Position numbers and translations under genes: made by a program
In this document: piece after piece, positions 13,290 to 24,729 of the stretch
Numbering within the stretch: the first letter of the stretch is position 1
How the letters are laid out: the number at the start of each line of letters is the position of its first letter
Origin: Mytilus californianus
Lineage: Eukaryota
Length of the DNA stretch: 64,000 nucleotides
Reading direction: 5' to 3'
Assembly: GCF_021869535.1 (NCBI RefSeq)
Contig: NW_026262723.1
Span: 93,434,001-93,498,000, forward strand
The notes under the pieces: generated by a model
Seen by the model: the letters and a program-made list of their open reading frames with translations, nothing else
Database searches by the model: none
Told to the model about the DNA's origin: nothing

Positions 13290-14680
13290 TAAATATGAAC
13301 TCTGCGGGCGTGTTTTATTAGTCTCTTTTGTACATCCCCAGAATGTCTTCTGGTGAAGAGTCCAAAAAAAAATTAATCTGGACCTCTTCTGGAGATATTC
13401 TGTAGGAGTAGCAATAAAACACAAATTCAATTTGCCGTCGAATATAGCATTAATTTTTATGTTGGTAGTTCATTCGGTAGAAATGACTGTAATATTGCGA
13501 GCTCTGTTTTGGCATTGCTGTGATAAGTGTAAAACAAAGAAAATTGGTTGGAAGAAATCGCTTTGTTCGTGACATTTATTTTGTATGCTCTCCTGACTTA
13601 ATTTTGCTAAACAAATCCGGCTTAAAGCTCATACCATTTGATTTTCAGGAATAATCTTAAACTGTACAAGAATTTGTCAATGTTTGTCTGGTATATGATC
13701 GAAAAGGACATCTTGTCTATCAATTTTTTAAAGTAAGCAAACTGATTATTTTTTTAAATAAAAGACATCGCAGAGTTCTCAAAATCTTTTTCCCTGGTGG
13801 TCCTTGATGAAAATCTGCTGGTCCTAACTATTATCTCTATTGCAAAGTACCAAAATTGTGCCGGTCCTTGTAAAATATCTACGGACTAAACCTTCGGACC
13901 ACCACTTTTCGAGAATCTTAATTGTATATGTATACAAGGCATACAAGGTCATGGCTTTCTCAGACTGTTTATAACTAAATCCGTTGGTTGTGTACTGGTT
14001 GATACTTTAGACTCGGAGAACATGATTTATTTATTAGTTGTAATTGGCTTTGAACAAGCTTTCAGTAACTGAAAATACTCTTATTTAGGTGCTTTGTGTC
14101 TATTGTCTTAATGTTAGTTTCTTTTTTGTGTCTCGTTGCGATCTTTTGAATTAATCCAATTGCAAATGATTTAAATAGTTTTCTCTTATGTTGTACTGTT
14201 ACACCACTGTCCCAGTTTAGGGGAGGGTTGAGCGCTCACAAACATGTTTGACCCTGTCATATTCGTTATGTGCCTGTCCTAAGTCAGGAGCCTGTAGTTC
14301 AGTGGTTGTCGTTGGTTCATGTCTGTCGACTCATATTTGATTTTTTGTAAATTGTTTTGTTATATATAATTAGGTCGTTAGTCTTTTCGTTAGAATTGTT
14401 TCACATTTTTCATGTCGGGGATTTTTATAGCCGACTATACAGTATGGGTTTTGTCATTGTTGAAGGCCGTACGGTTGCCTATAATTGCTTACATCCACTT
14501 CATTTGAACTACGGTGGATAGTTGCCTCATTGGCAATCATACCACATCTCCTTATTTTTATATCATATACCTCGTGTTTTCCTGAACATGCATGAAATAT
14601 TTGTCACTGGACGTTATAAAAATAAGCAATCAACAATCAGTCAATTCAAACTCGTGTTAAATAAGGGGAAAACCATATGA

Positions 14681-14712
<32 letters not shown>

Positions 14713-14905
14713 GGGTGGTGGGGGACAGGAGGATTTTGAATATGAATATGCTGGCCTGGTAAGAGCTGAAAAAAATATCCATACTTAGCGCCAGATTAAA
14801 ATGAATAATAAATCCGCAAAAAATCCTCCTGTCCCCTCCCCGAAATATCAAATAGTCGTCCCCTTACTGTCATTGTCCGTGTAGTTCTTATATCTGTATG
14901 CATAA
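13290..14905 (+). repeat. Left arm of an inverted segmental duplication (partner 40715-42780)
   Basis: Colinear reverse-complement similarity along the whole length, e.g. CCAGAATGTCTTCTGGTGAAGAGTCC, GGTGGTCCTTGA, GGTGCTTTGTGTCTATTGTC and AATATCAAATAGTCGTCCC. Roughly 80 percent identity by eye, with indels. Confidence 0.9.
14185..14562 (+). mobile_element. Interspersed repeat family A (GTTGAAGGCCGTACGG motif, ~400-480 bp); other copies 7740-7870, 29800-30285 (+), 30600-30890, 41140-41470, 41465-41895 (-)
   Basis: At least six similar copies in both orientations within the window. No ORF; class not determined. Confidence 0.85.
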
Positions 14906-17900
14906 ATTTATTAATGTCATTTAGACTAAACGACGCCATGTTTGTTATGTGCCTCTGTCGTCTAATCTACCTATTTAAAAGGAAGAGGTAGAAAAGAGAC
15001 AGAAGATCTTCCCAATGCAAAAACCAGAAATGGACCAATTCTGGATCACTACCGAAGAATAAAAAAACACGCCCTTGGTTATTAGATGGAGAATTAAGAC
15101 AACAGTAGATTACAGACGTTTAAATCTCAAAATCGATAAAGAAAGACAAATCAAGGTAACAAACAAAAACTAAAAACTGCGGGAATCGCATAAACTCTAA
15201 AAGGAGCGTGACTGTTTGCGTTGACAGGGTAAGCGTCTCCGGTTATGCATCCACCCCCCGCCATGCGAATCTACATCAGTCAAAATGTCAAAATCGGGAC
15301 TAGGACACAATCGGTTAAATTACAGAGTAAACGACTACACTGGTATCTTATAAAGATTAAGACTTCAAAAACAGGTCAGTAGTAGAGAAGTCTTATATTT
15401 AGACGTGTAACAAACATATTGATGTGACTGCATACAACTGACACAAATATTTGATCTGCAAGATATCCAACCATGTCAACATACTAGTACATCGTTTACT
15501 GTGTTAAAGGTGACATCGAGGGACGCCGCATCACTCGATTAACGAAACCTATGTTTTATATAGAATAGTTGGTTCAGTGGTCATGGTGGTTGGATACAGT
15601 GGTCAATGAGTTGCCACATGTCACAGTGTCATTGGAGCAACTGAGAGGACACAAATGTCTTACCGCAGATCTAACATTGATGATCGTTTAAATTTGAAAC
15701 GTAGTATATGTAATGTGTGGTGTCAGCCCTATATCAATTTATATGTCGGGGAACATACATACTTCATCAAAATGATGTAAAATGGAGTCGTATCAATACA
15801 TGTTGATTTTCATATACAAATTAAAAACCGAACCTCGCTTTTATAATTCTGAAATATGGAAGTTCACGCAAATTAAGTATTTATAAAAGACGAGACTGCA
15901 CATGTATACATCCAAGATGAAACAACACATCAAGCTGCGTTGTTAATACTGCACGATAAAACAACACATCCAGCTGCCGTTGTTAGCACTGCACGACTTG
16001 AACTAAACTTTTTCATTAATTCAATTTTTGCCAACGTTTTTAATTTTCTTATGTAAAATCTTTCCCGATTGATTCTCTCCTCCCTATAGACAAAGCAGCG
16101 GTGTCGTCAATACACCAATATCGAGTTTTTTCTGAATGAGTTCCAGCGGTTGACCCGAGGTCAATCGGCGTAAACGACACTGTCATCGAACAATCGGTTC
16201 TTACTGTGACGTAATAACATTAGCATTGTGACATACATGTAGGTTTACGGGAAAGTGCACGAAGTTTTCTATGATGGTAATAGTCAATCGATTAAGAACC
16301 GCTTAAGTGTGGTCAGGTGATGATATCAAATGTCGACTGGGAGGAAGATCTTACTTTATTCATATTCACTACGATGACCGTTCATACTTTTTTAAATGGC
16401 TGTTCTTGCTCATCAACGTACTGTGTACCACGTTTGCACTACGTAGATATACAGTATTTGTAATTTTGCGTGTAACATCACAAAATATGGTGTATTTCGT
16501 ACCATTTTAGTGACTATTGAAAAACTGGGTATGCAGTATTATATTTGCTTGCAAGTCAGACATCGATTGTTACGTTATATATGATAGCATCTTATTAACA
16601 CACAATGAACTCACATTGTATTGTTGCATTTTGGGGAAAAAACTTTGACACGTACAAATGCCAACAAGTTATATAAATAAGGAAAATGAATTCCGCCAAA
16701 ACATTCTTCAAACACATTGACAAATTACTTATAAAATTATTGTATTTTATATTGCTGATAGGGGCATATGTGCAAGTTGATGGGTGTTTATACTCAACAA
16801 AACCTTTTTGAATGAATTGGGGAGAAGGTTATGTTTTTGGTTTAGTGTGTCTTTTTGTCCATCCCAAGGATTTCCGAAAATCAGACAAAAAAATGATAAG
16901 CAATGGGTCAATGTACTTTCAAATTTCAATATAAAAAAACTGGGGGTCATGGACCTTGTTTTTTCGTTAAAACACATTGAAATTAACGAAATTACAGTTA
17001 TTTCATATGGGTTATATAAGTAAGTAAGTAAGTAAGTAATTAGTTTATTATAGTGACTTGTGAACATGTATCAATAAATATAACACAATTACAGAGCTTG
17101 TATAGTCAATGTTACACCCGCCCCATTGGACTTATACGTCACCTATTAGACTTAATAACTTTATACAATATCACTGACTAAATGTTTATATAATACTTCT
17201 CAATTAATTCAAAAGTTAAGGAAATGTTCAAATAATTAGATTAAATATATAAATAATTTAAATGTTATGGATTATACAGCAACTGACGTCTTATATGAAA
17301 TGCACGAACTATATATTTTGCTAATTTTCTTATGTGGAAAGTCATTAAAAAGTTCAATTTTTCAGCATGATTCAAATCTGAGAAATTTTCCTCAGTTAAA
17401 AGCTCACCAAAAATCTTAATTCGAAATTCAATATATAAAAGGGCAATCAAAGATAAAATGTAACTCAGTTTCTGTTTCTTAATTTTTACAAAATATGCAT
17501 AGTCTTTCTTCTACACTTTCGTTCGAGCATCTTCCAGTTTCCACTCTTAATGGTAAAATTCCACTTTTAAATTTGGCTAAGTGTGACCGCTCAATTTTAC
17601 TCAACTTCAAATTAACGTAATTTTCAGTTTCAAAGACTGTTTTAAAGTTCCTATATGTCCGAGGTTTCGAAACGTTTTGAAAGCGCTTCGGACGCATGAA
17701 ATTATTTAACGTGTTGTTTTCAATTCTTTACATCACTGGGTCGATACCTCTGCTGGTGGACTATCAGTCCCCGAGGGTATCATCAGCTCAGTAGTCAGTA
17801 CTTCGGTACTGACATGATTTATAACAAACCTTTCTAAAATTGTCCGTTTATAAATTTTGAAATTATAAAGAAACTTAGGTTTCAACTCCCTCAGGCAAAG

Positions 17901-18007
17901 TTGACCTTAGATGAATTTGGCTATTTGTTTTATGTATTTTTGTCATATTAGCTCTTCAACTATTTCGGTACCTATACATCCCTCGGATTTCAAATGTTTG
18001 GCTTTGA

Positions 18008-18049
18008 GCGTTCCTGATGAAGGTAAATCCAGAAAAGCGCTTCGGACGC
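18008..18049 (+). ncRNA. Minimal type I hammerhead ribozyme, copy 1 (intact core)
   Basis: Stem I GCGUUC/GGACGC, CUGAUGA core, short stem II (GG-UAAAU-CC), GAAA, palindromic stem III AAGCGCUU, cleavage triplet UUC at 18041-18043. Confidence 0.85.
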
Positions 18050-18361
18050 ATGAAATTATTTAACGAGTTGTTTTCAATTTTTTACATCACTGGGTCGATA
18101 CCTCTGCTGGTGGACTATCAGTCCCCGAGGGTATCATCAGCTCAGTAGTCAGTACTTCGGTACTGACATGATTTATAACAAACCTTTCTAAAACAGTCCG
18201 TTTATAAATTTTGAAATTATAAAGAAACTAAGGTTTCAACTCCCTCAGGCAAAGTTGACCTTAGATGAATTTGGCTATTTGTTTTATGTATTTTTGTCAT
18301 ATTAGCTCTTCAACTGTTTCGGTACTTATACATCCCTCGGATTTCAAATGTTTGGCTTTGA

Positions 18362-18403
18362 GCGTTCCTGATGAAGGTAAATCCAGATAAGCGCTTCGGA
18401 CGC
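18362..18403 (+). ncRNA. Minimal type I hammerhead, copy 2 (GAAA mutated to GAUA)
   Basis: Identical to copy 1 except T at 18388 in the conserved GAAA. Confidence 0.8.
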
Positions 18404-18720
18404 ATGAAATTATTTAACGTGTTGTTTTCAATTTTTTACATCACTGGGTCGATACCTCTGCTGGTGGACTCTCAGTCCCCGAGGGTATCATCAGCTCAGT
18501 AGTCAGTACTTCGGTACTGACATGATTTATAACAAACCTTTCTAAAATTGTCCGTTTATAAATTTTGAAATTATAAAGAAACTAAGGTTTCAACTCCCTC
18601 AGGCAAAGTTGACCTTAGATGAATTTGGCTACTAGTATTTGTTTTATGTATTTTTGTCATATAGCTCTTCAACTGTTTCGGTACTTATACATCCCTCGGA
18701 TTTCAAATGTTTGGCTTTGA

Positions 18721-18762
18721 GCGTTCCTGATGAAGGTAAATCCAGAAAAGCGCTTCGGACGC
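18721..18762 (+). ncRNA. Minimal type I hammerhead ribozyme, copy 3 (intact core)
   Basis: Identical to copy 1; cleavage-site C at 18756. Confidence 0.85.
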
Positions 18763-20908
18763 ATGAAATTATTTAACGTGTTGTTTTCAATTTTTTGGAC
18801 GGAATTCCTCCAGATATCTGAATAAAAGCGAAAAATGTTAGTTTCAACCAATTACAAGTCAACCTCTGATTTCAATTCGTAAAAATGTCATAATTCAAGC
18901 TGGTATAATATGTCCTTAACTTCACTACACCAATTACTTTTACAACGATCATAGTCAATATTGAATGCTATTTTGATGATGCGACTGCTGTCAACTCGAA
19001 TAAGTCTATTCCAGTATCTCACCATATTGATCCAACGCCGATACTGACTCGGGATCCAACCGATATCTCCGTGTATAGCAAGGATAGGTGCAAATCTGTG
19101 TACACCTAAATAGTAGCGAATAGCTCGGTTCTTAATATTGTCCATTGACTGATATTTTCGGTATCCCTATACACCAGACGAATAATCAAGTATAGGAAAA
19201 ATACAAGAGTTAAACAATTTTTCATATGATTTATATCCAAAGTCTTCAATATTATGGATTTTAGCAATTATATTCCCAAGTGCTCGTCCGCCACTTTTCG
19301 CAAAAATTTCCACATTCGACAAAAAACTGCCGTTGTAGCTAAATGTTACACCTAAGTACTTGTACTGGTTAACTACTTCCAACTGATTCCTACCCACGGT
19401 GAAATTAAACTCAGTTTGAATGGATTTTCCATTTCTAAAATGAATACATTTCAACAAATCAGTGTTAATCAATACTCGCCACCGCTTACACCATTGGTGA
19501 AGTTTATCCAACATACATTGAAGGTCCAATTCCGATTTTGCTAATATAGCTATGTTATACGCGTACAATAAAACCGTCAATTTCCTATTATCTTAATCTA
19601 TTTCTATGTTAAGATCGTTCAATTCCTTTTCTAGATCATTGATAAATATTGAAAAAAGTGTCGGTGATAAGTTGTCCCCCTGTTTCACTCCGGATTTACA
19701 GTTAAACCAGCTTGTAAGTTTGCAATTTATTCGGACACAGGATTCAGAATTTTGATAAAAGCTTTTCACAGAGTTGTGCAGTTTGCCATCAATCTTGTGT
19801 ATGAGTAGTTTATACAGCATCATATCCCCGTCTATGAAGTCAAAACATTTTCTTAGATCAATATATATGGTGGAAACTTAATTTTTTCCTTATTGAGGAC
19901 ACATTAAACGATAGAATTGGTTAAAATTCAATGAGAGTACTGCTTTTCATAAATACTTCTGAAATATCAAATAAAAATAGAGGGTCACAGGCCTTATTTT
20001 CATGAAAAATTCCACAAAAACACAAATTACTCTATCAAATTATAATTATCTGCCTATGATTTTTAAAGGATTTTTCTAATTTTTTTAAATTAACTTAACA
20101 ACACTTAATTTTTCTGTAGTTTAATATTTGAATTTCAAGTTTCAGGTGTTTCTGTTGTATATTGAATGATAATTGGAAAAATATTTAAAAAAAAAAGTAT
20201 TTTTGCAACATACCCAGAATGGATGCCCAGAAAGACACCCGATGTAGCTTAAATCTTATATAAAAGGACAATATTGCCATTTCTCATTTGTAAATTATGA
20301 TGTTATATCATTGCCAAAGAGCGAACTATCCACCAATGACCATATTAAGGACAATTGATGTGAACAACTACAATAATTTACGGCTATTGTTTGGACTTTC
20401 TTGGGACACATCCCTGGCCCCAGCCATTTCTTAAAAAAACAAGACGAGAAGGCGTTTTGGTTCTACCTAATCTCATGTTTCTTATGGTAAAACGGATTTT
20501 GAAAATACATATACTTCTCAAGGTTTTATATGTAGGCTATATTAAAGAATGTGAAAGTTCATTGTTGTTAAAACTACAATTTCCTCCCCCAGTCATCCTG
20601 TATGAAATTCGAGTCTCGCATGCAAAAATGTTTAAGTCATTTGAATAACATGAATGAAATAAGGCTCTTGTCCCTTTGTGTCTGGGAGTAACAATTTTAA
20701 CTTCAGAATCAAATCTAAATTAAAATATCCAGTAAATACAAGCAAACAGATTGGTAGTATCTTGCTAGAGGAATGTTCACTCTGTCTCTGGAAACAAAGA
20801 CTTAGATTTAAAACTTGATTATATGACGGACGGAAAAAAAAACAAACTGACATTTGCGACGTCATCCAGTCTTCATAATATATATTTAAAGTATGTACAC
20901 CTCAGGCT

Positions 20909-20916
20909 TATAAATA
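20909..20916 (+). promoter_or_regulatory. Candidate TATA box of the desaturase gene
   Basis: TATAAATA lies 37 nt upstream of the ATG at 20953. Weak evidence in an AT-rich genome; ttttatcag|gaATG could instead be a splice acceptor for an upstream non-coding exon. Confidence 0.3.
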
Positions 20917-20952
20917 CATATGTGAACTTACAATATGGTCGTTTTATCAGGA

Positions 20953-21178
20953 ATGGCACCGAGAAATCCCATTACAGACGTGATACCCAGCTCAGATGAT
21001 GGAGACGGTCTAGGTTTGGATCAAGTATCGCCAATTATAACGGAAGAGAACTACCAACAAAAGCAACAACCTTTAAAGATAGTATGGCAAAATGTATTTA
21101 TCCTACTTGGTATTCATCTAGCAGCTTTATATGGTTTGATTAGAATACCTTGGTCTCATCCTTTAACATGGCTATGGA
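20953..21178 (+). CDS. SCD: Stearoyl-CoA (delta-9) desaturase, exon 1
   Basis: MAPRN...KIVWQNVFILLGIHLAALYGL matches the SCD N-terminus and TM1. Phase-1 donor A|gtaagt. An in-frame ATG at 20935 is an alternative start. Confidence 0.9.
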
Positions 21179-21727
21179 GTAAGTATAGTATAGTTTTGTT
21201 TTTGGCTAATGTTATGATTTTGAACACCATGAAAACCTGCAATACTCGGAAATAAATTTCTCAATTTGTAATTTCTATAGATAATAACACATTTTACCAG
21301 TATTTCACTGTCATGAGTATATATTCGAGATCATATGACTATAATACTGATTTTACTCTGAAATTGTAGAACTCTATATATATATTGAAAACCAACAAAA
21401 GTTTATTCATAGCGAGAATAAAAGAAATGTGTACAGTGCGTAAATAGCGCATAGATAATACATGTATGTATTAGTCATGATCATGAATGGTCATATTAGA
21501 TTTTTTGGAATTATGTCGAATATTTGTACATAGGCAAAAACATCTAGAATGCTGTTCAGTTGCCGTTGATAAATGCACAACAAATGGCGTTGACACGAAT
21601 TCAGGTATTTAATATACCACATATTCACATGAATTAAAATAAAACATATTTTTTTTAATTACAGAACATTTAAGTTCCATAAAGATTCCATCAATTTGAT
21701 TTTGTGATTAAACTTAAACTGATTGCT

Positions 21728-22100
21728 TTATGCTCCCCGAAAAAGTTTGGAAGCATATAGTCATCGCTTTGTACATCAGTTTGTCTATAGAATATGTTCG
21801 AAAAAAAGGGTTTTTGGATTAGAACTTAAATTAACCTTGCTTGATTTGAATGAAACTTATATAACCAAATTAGATGGAAGATAGACGTCTATCGATTCGA
21901 CAGGTCAAATATCAGGTTTGTTACTATAAAAGAGGGACAAAAGATACCAGAGGGACAGTCAAACTCATAGATCGAAAACAAACTGAAAACGCCATGGCCA
22001 AAAATAAAAAGACAAACAGACAAATAATAGTACAGATGACACAACATAGAGGAAACTTTTGGTAAAATAAGTTTCCGGGGAGTGAAATGAAACTTGTTCA
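21728..22100 (-). mobile_element. Degenerate Helentron-type non-autonomous element (HINE/pearl-like), interrupted by a family B repeat at 21926-22058
   Basis: Terminal hairpin TATGCTCCCC...GGAAGCATA at the left end; ACAAG start and CTCCCCGGAAA subterminal repeat at the right end. Confidence 0.55.
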
Positions 22101-22669
22101 AATTACAGATATAGAGAAGGGGAAGGATCCTATCGATTCTGGAGTCACTTAGTCAAAGTTCAGGGTCTTTTACTAAAAATAGTAACTTTTGAAAAAAGGT
22201 GGTTTTTAATGCATTTAGCAATAATATTTGTCATGAGCATCCACATCTGACTGATTGGCAAGGTCAGGGAACCCCTGTTCAATTGTTTTGAGTGGATGTT
22301 CCCAAAAGAGTTTTTCGGTATATTTTTGCTGCTCTGGGGAAAGAATTGGTAACCTTTTGGTACTTATATACCTAACTTTGTATCCTTCTGGAATAAATCG
22401 TCCTTGTTAGGTCACATTTTGAATTAAACGCAACATCCATGACTGTTCGTGCTCTCAATAACACAATTAATACAACAATGCCTTTAGGAGTATTTAATTA
22501 AAAAAAAACGAAAAGCATGATTTCACTTGTTATTACATAGTTTTATAACCTACTTAAAGCATGGACATATCGAATATTACACTAAATGTCTAGCGAACGA
22601 TATAACTATAGGAATTACTGATGTCGTTTATGACCTATCTGTTTTAACTTATTTTTTTTTAAATTTCAG

Positions 22670-22800
22670 CAATATTTTACTACATATTCTCAGGCGTAGG
22701 GATAACAGCTGGGGCACATCGCCTATGGTCACATAGATCTTATAAGGCAAAGACTCCTTTACGTATCTTGCTTGCAATAATGAACTCTGCAGCACTTCAG
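22670..22800 (+). CDS. SCD: Stearoyl-CoA desaturase, exon 2 (His box 1)
   Basis: Acceptor tttcag|C and donor CAG|gtaatt, 131 nt. TIFYYIFSGVGITAGAHRLWSHRSYKAKTPLRILL. Missed by the ORF track because of its length. Confidence 0.96.
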
Positions 22801-23124
22801 GTAATTTTGTACGAAAATCTTATTATTGTTCAATATTGTTATTTTTTTTTAAACATCGTATTAAAAAGAGGCAGAAGATACCAAAAGATACAATCAAAAC
22901 TCATAAGTCGAAAAGATAAAACCATGGCAACTAAACTATAATAGTATAAAAATCGTCAAGTACGTTACTTCAAGGATTTGTATACAAATCCTTGGTTACT
23001 TGTAACTTCGAAATGTTACGAAGTTGCCCTCTGGCCTTATTGGTTATTTTAAGGTGATTCGTCTTGTTTTTGCTTCAAGCAACTATTTGATAATCGTAAA
23101 GTTAGCTATGTAATCTTCGTTTAA

Positions 23125-23511
23125 GGATGTTCGCTCCTCTTGTTTTTGAATTTTTGCCAGATATTCGGAATCCTCTGGTTTTATCGATGTAGTGCCATTA
23201 AAAAATTTTCCCCACTAACCCCTATTTTTTTCATAATATTATTACACATAGTTTAAAAAGCCATATTTGGAAATGCTATAAAATCCTTGTTATTTTTTCA
23301 TAAATTTTAAAAGAAAAAGGGTGCCAATGCTAAATGTATGAAAAGTCTAGAGAGAATTATTTCCCGCCTAATTTCCAAAGGCGTATATCTCGAAAATAAG
23401 CACATGGACCCTTAATTTTTTTCTGCTTTTTTAGTTCCTTTATTTATATACTATCTATTTACAACATTCTTTTAGAAAGCTTGTTATTTTGAAACAGAGT
23501 AGCGAACATCC
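23125..23511. mobile_element. 387-bp MITE with a TTAA target duplication and GG...CC termini (Kolobok type)
   Basis: TTAA|GGATGTTCGCT ... AGCGAACATCC|TTAA. Confidence 0.8.
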
Positions 23512-23869
23512 TTAATGCTGTAACGGCCGTTCACAAACCTATGCTTTATAAGATTGAGCAATACGATCACAGTAAAAAGGGAGGTGAGCTCCGGAAGGGT
23601 AAACAGTTCCTGCTTCATTAGTTATTCATATAGTAAACATGTAAAATCCGGTTATACGCTGCATTCAGTGATAAATCATAAACAAAAAACGTATTTTACG
23701 ATGATTGTAACACATCCGTGGTTTGTACAGAAGTTGATTAAAGTTTTTTTCATATTTCTATATTTTGTTTGCCCCATTAAGTAGATAAAAGTAAGATTGT
23801 AAACAGTTATGATTTCTTTCAAAATATTGAGGTTTGAAATAAAATTTATAAACTAATTACATTTATTAG

Positions 23870-24075
23870 ACCGACATTTTGGAGTGGACTCGTGACCATC
23901 GAGTTCATCATAAGTTTTCTGAAACAGATGCTGACCCACATAATGCAAGACGAGGTTTCTTCTTTGCTCATATTGGATGGATATTAGTTAGAAAACACCC
24001 AGATGTAGCCAGGAAAGGCAAGCTGTTAGATCTGTCAGATCTCTACGCTGACAAAGTAGTTATGATACAGCGAAG
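23870..24075 (+). CDS. SCD: Stearoyl-CoA desaturase, exon 3 (His box 2)
   Basis: Acceptor tattag|ACC and donor AG|gttagt, 206 nt. EWTRDHRVHHKFSETDADPHNARRGFFFAHIGW. Confidence 0.97.
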
Positions 24076-24590
24076 GTTAGTACAACTGTTGTGTTTTAAT
24101 CAGTTGCTGTTGGAGTTTTTCAAATAGTTCCTATTTATCATATCGTTTAATGTTACTAGTTGTTTGTCTGTATTTTTTTTATTGTATAATTATAATGAAC
24201 AATAGGTATTTCATTAATGTATGCAAATGAAAACACGTCAGAATTAAATGCTCAAACATTTGACAAAGTCAAAGAATTGAAGGTGTTTAGCGTCAACATC
24301 CGAAATAGGTAAAACAAAAACGGGACATTCTACATTATTATACTTGGTTAATACGAGGGAGACAATTTACTTTAATATACTTCGTCAAAATGCGGGATTC
24401 TGATTGGTTAATACGAGGGAGACAATTTACTCTATCCCATGGCTAATACTCTATTACCCTTCACGGAGACGCTTGATCATTTGTGCGCTTTACTAAATAG
24501 GGATGATTGTTATGTACAAGACGTCATAGTTTATTACTTTGAATTTGAAATTTAACAGACAGTAATAAAAAATATTCAGTATAATAAAGT

Positions 24591-24729
24591 AAATAACACA
24601 TAGCTGAAAGGGTGATAGAGCAGATTGTTACCCTTCGAAAACACATTGTCAACCTTGGTTTCGCCGCGGTCAACAATGTTTTCTCGGGGTCACAATCTGC
24701 TCTATCACCCTCTCAGCTATGTGTTATTT
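24591..24729. mobile_element. 139-bp fold-back (palindromic) element inside a ~300-bp tandem duplication in SCD intron 3
   Basis: Arms AAATAACACATAGCTGA.AGGGTGATAGAGCAGATTGT and its reverse complement. 24435-24650 is duplicated at 24737-24950. Confidence 0.75.

Larger units (their letters stand above)
17680..18792 (+). mobile_element. Retrozyme-type tandem array: about 3.1 copies of a 354-nt hammerhead-containing repeat, flanked by a TTTTG target-site duplication
   Basis: Equivalent cleavage-site C at 17689, 18043, 18397 and 18756 (periods 354, 354, 359). TTTTG at 17675-17679 and 18793-18797; removing the insert restores the LINE frame ...NSVQ|NVSKPRTY. Confidence 0.9.
17017..19950 (-). mobile_element. 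5'-truncated, inactivated CR1/L2-group LINE (RT plus C-terminal CCHC region), interrupted by the HHR array
   Basis: RT motifs IDLRKCFD, GVKQGDNLSPTLFSIFINDL, LLYAYN (degenerate YADD) and YKYLG; C-terminal LAKFKSG.LPLRVETGR...RLCIFC. Multiple frameshifts and stops. The 3' end has AATAAA followed by a (CTTA)n tail at 17017-17039. Confidence 0.92.

Noticed and set aside
12438-20900. A nearer TMEM26 exon 1 that would remove the need for the 39-kb intron
   Set aside because: No ORF or frame with the VWR..DVK motif was found between exon 2 and SCD, or between SCD and 51.5 kb. A highly diverged exon cannot be excluded by eye.
20935-20952. Upstream in-frame ATG (MVVLSG) as the SCD start
   Set aside because: It lies only about 19 nt after the candidate TATA box, and MAP- is the typical invertebrate desaturase start. 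Not excluded.
22150-22410. Minus-strand frame FIPEGYKVRYISTKRLPILSPEQQKYTEKLFWEHPLK... looks protein-like
   Set aside because: No start, splice sites or recognisable family; bounded by stops. A translated search would be needed.
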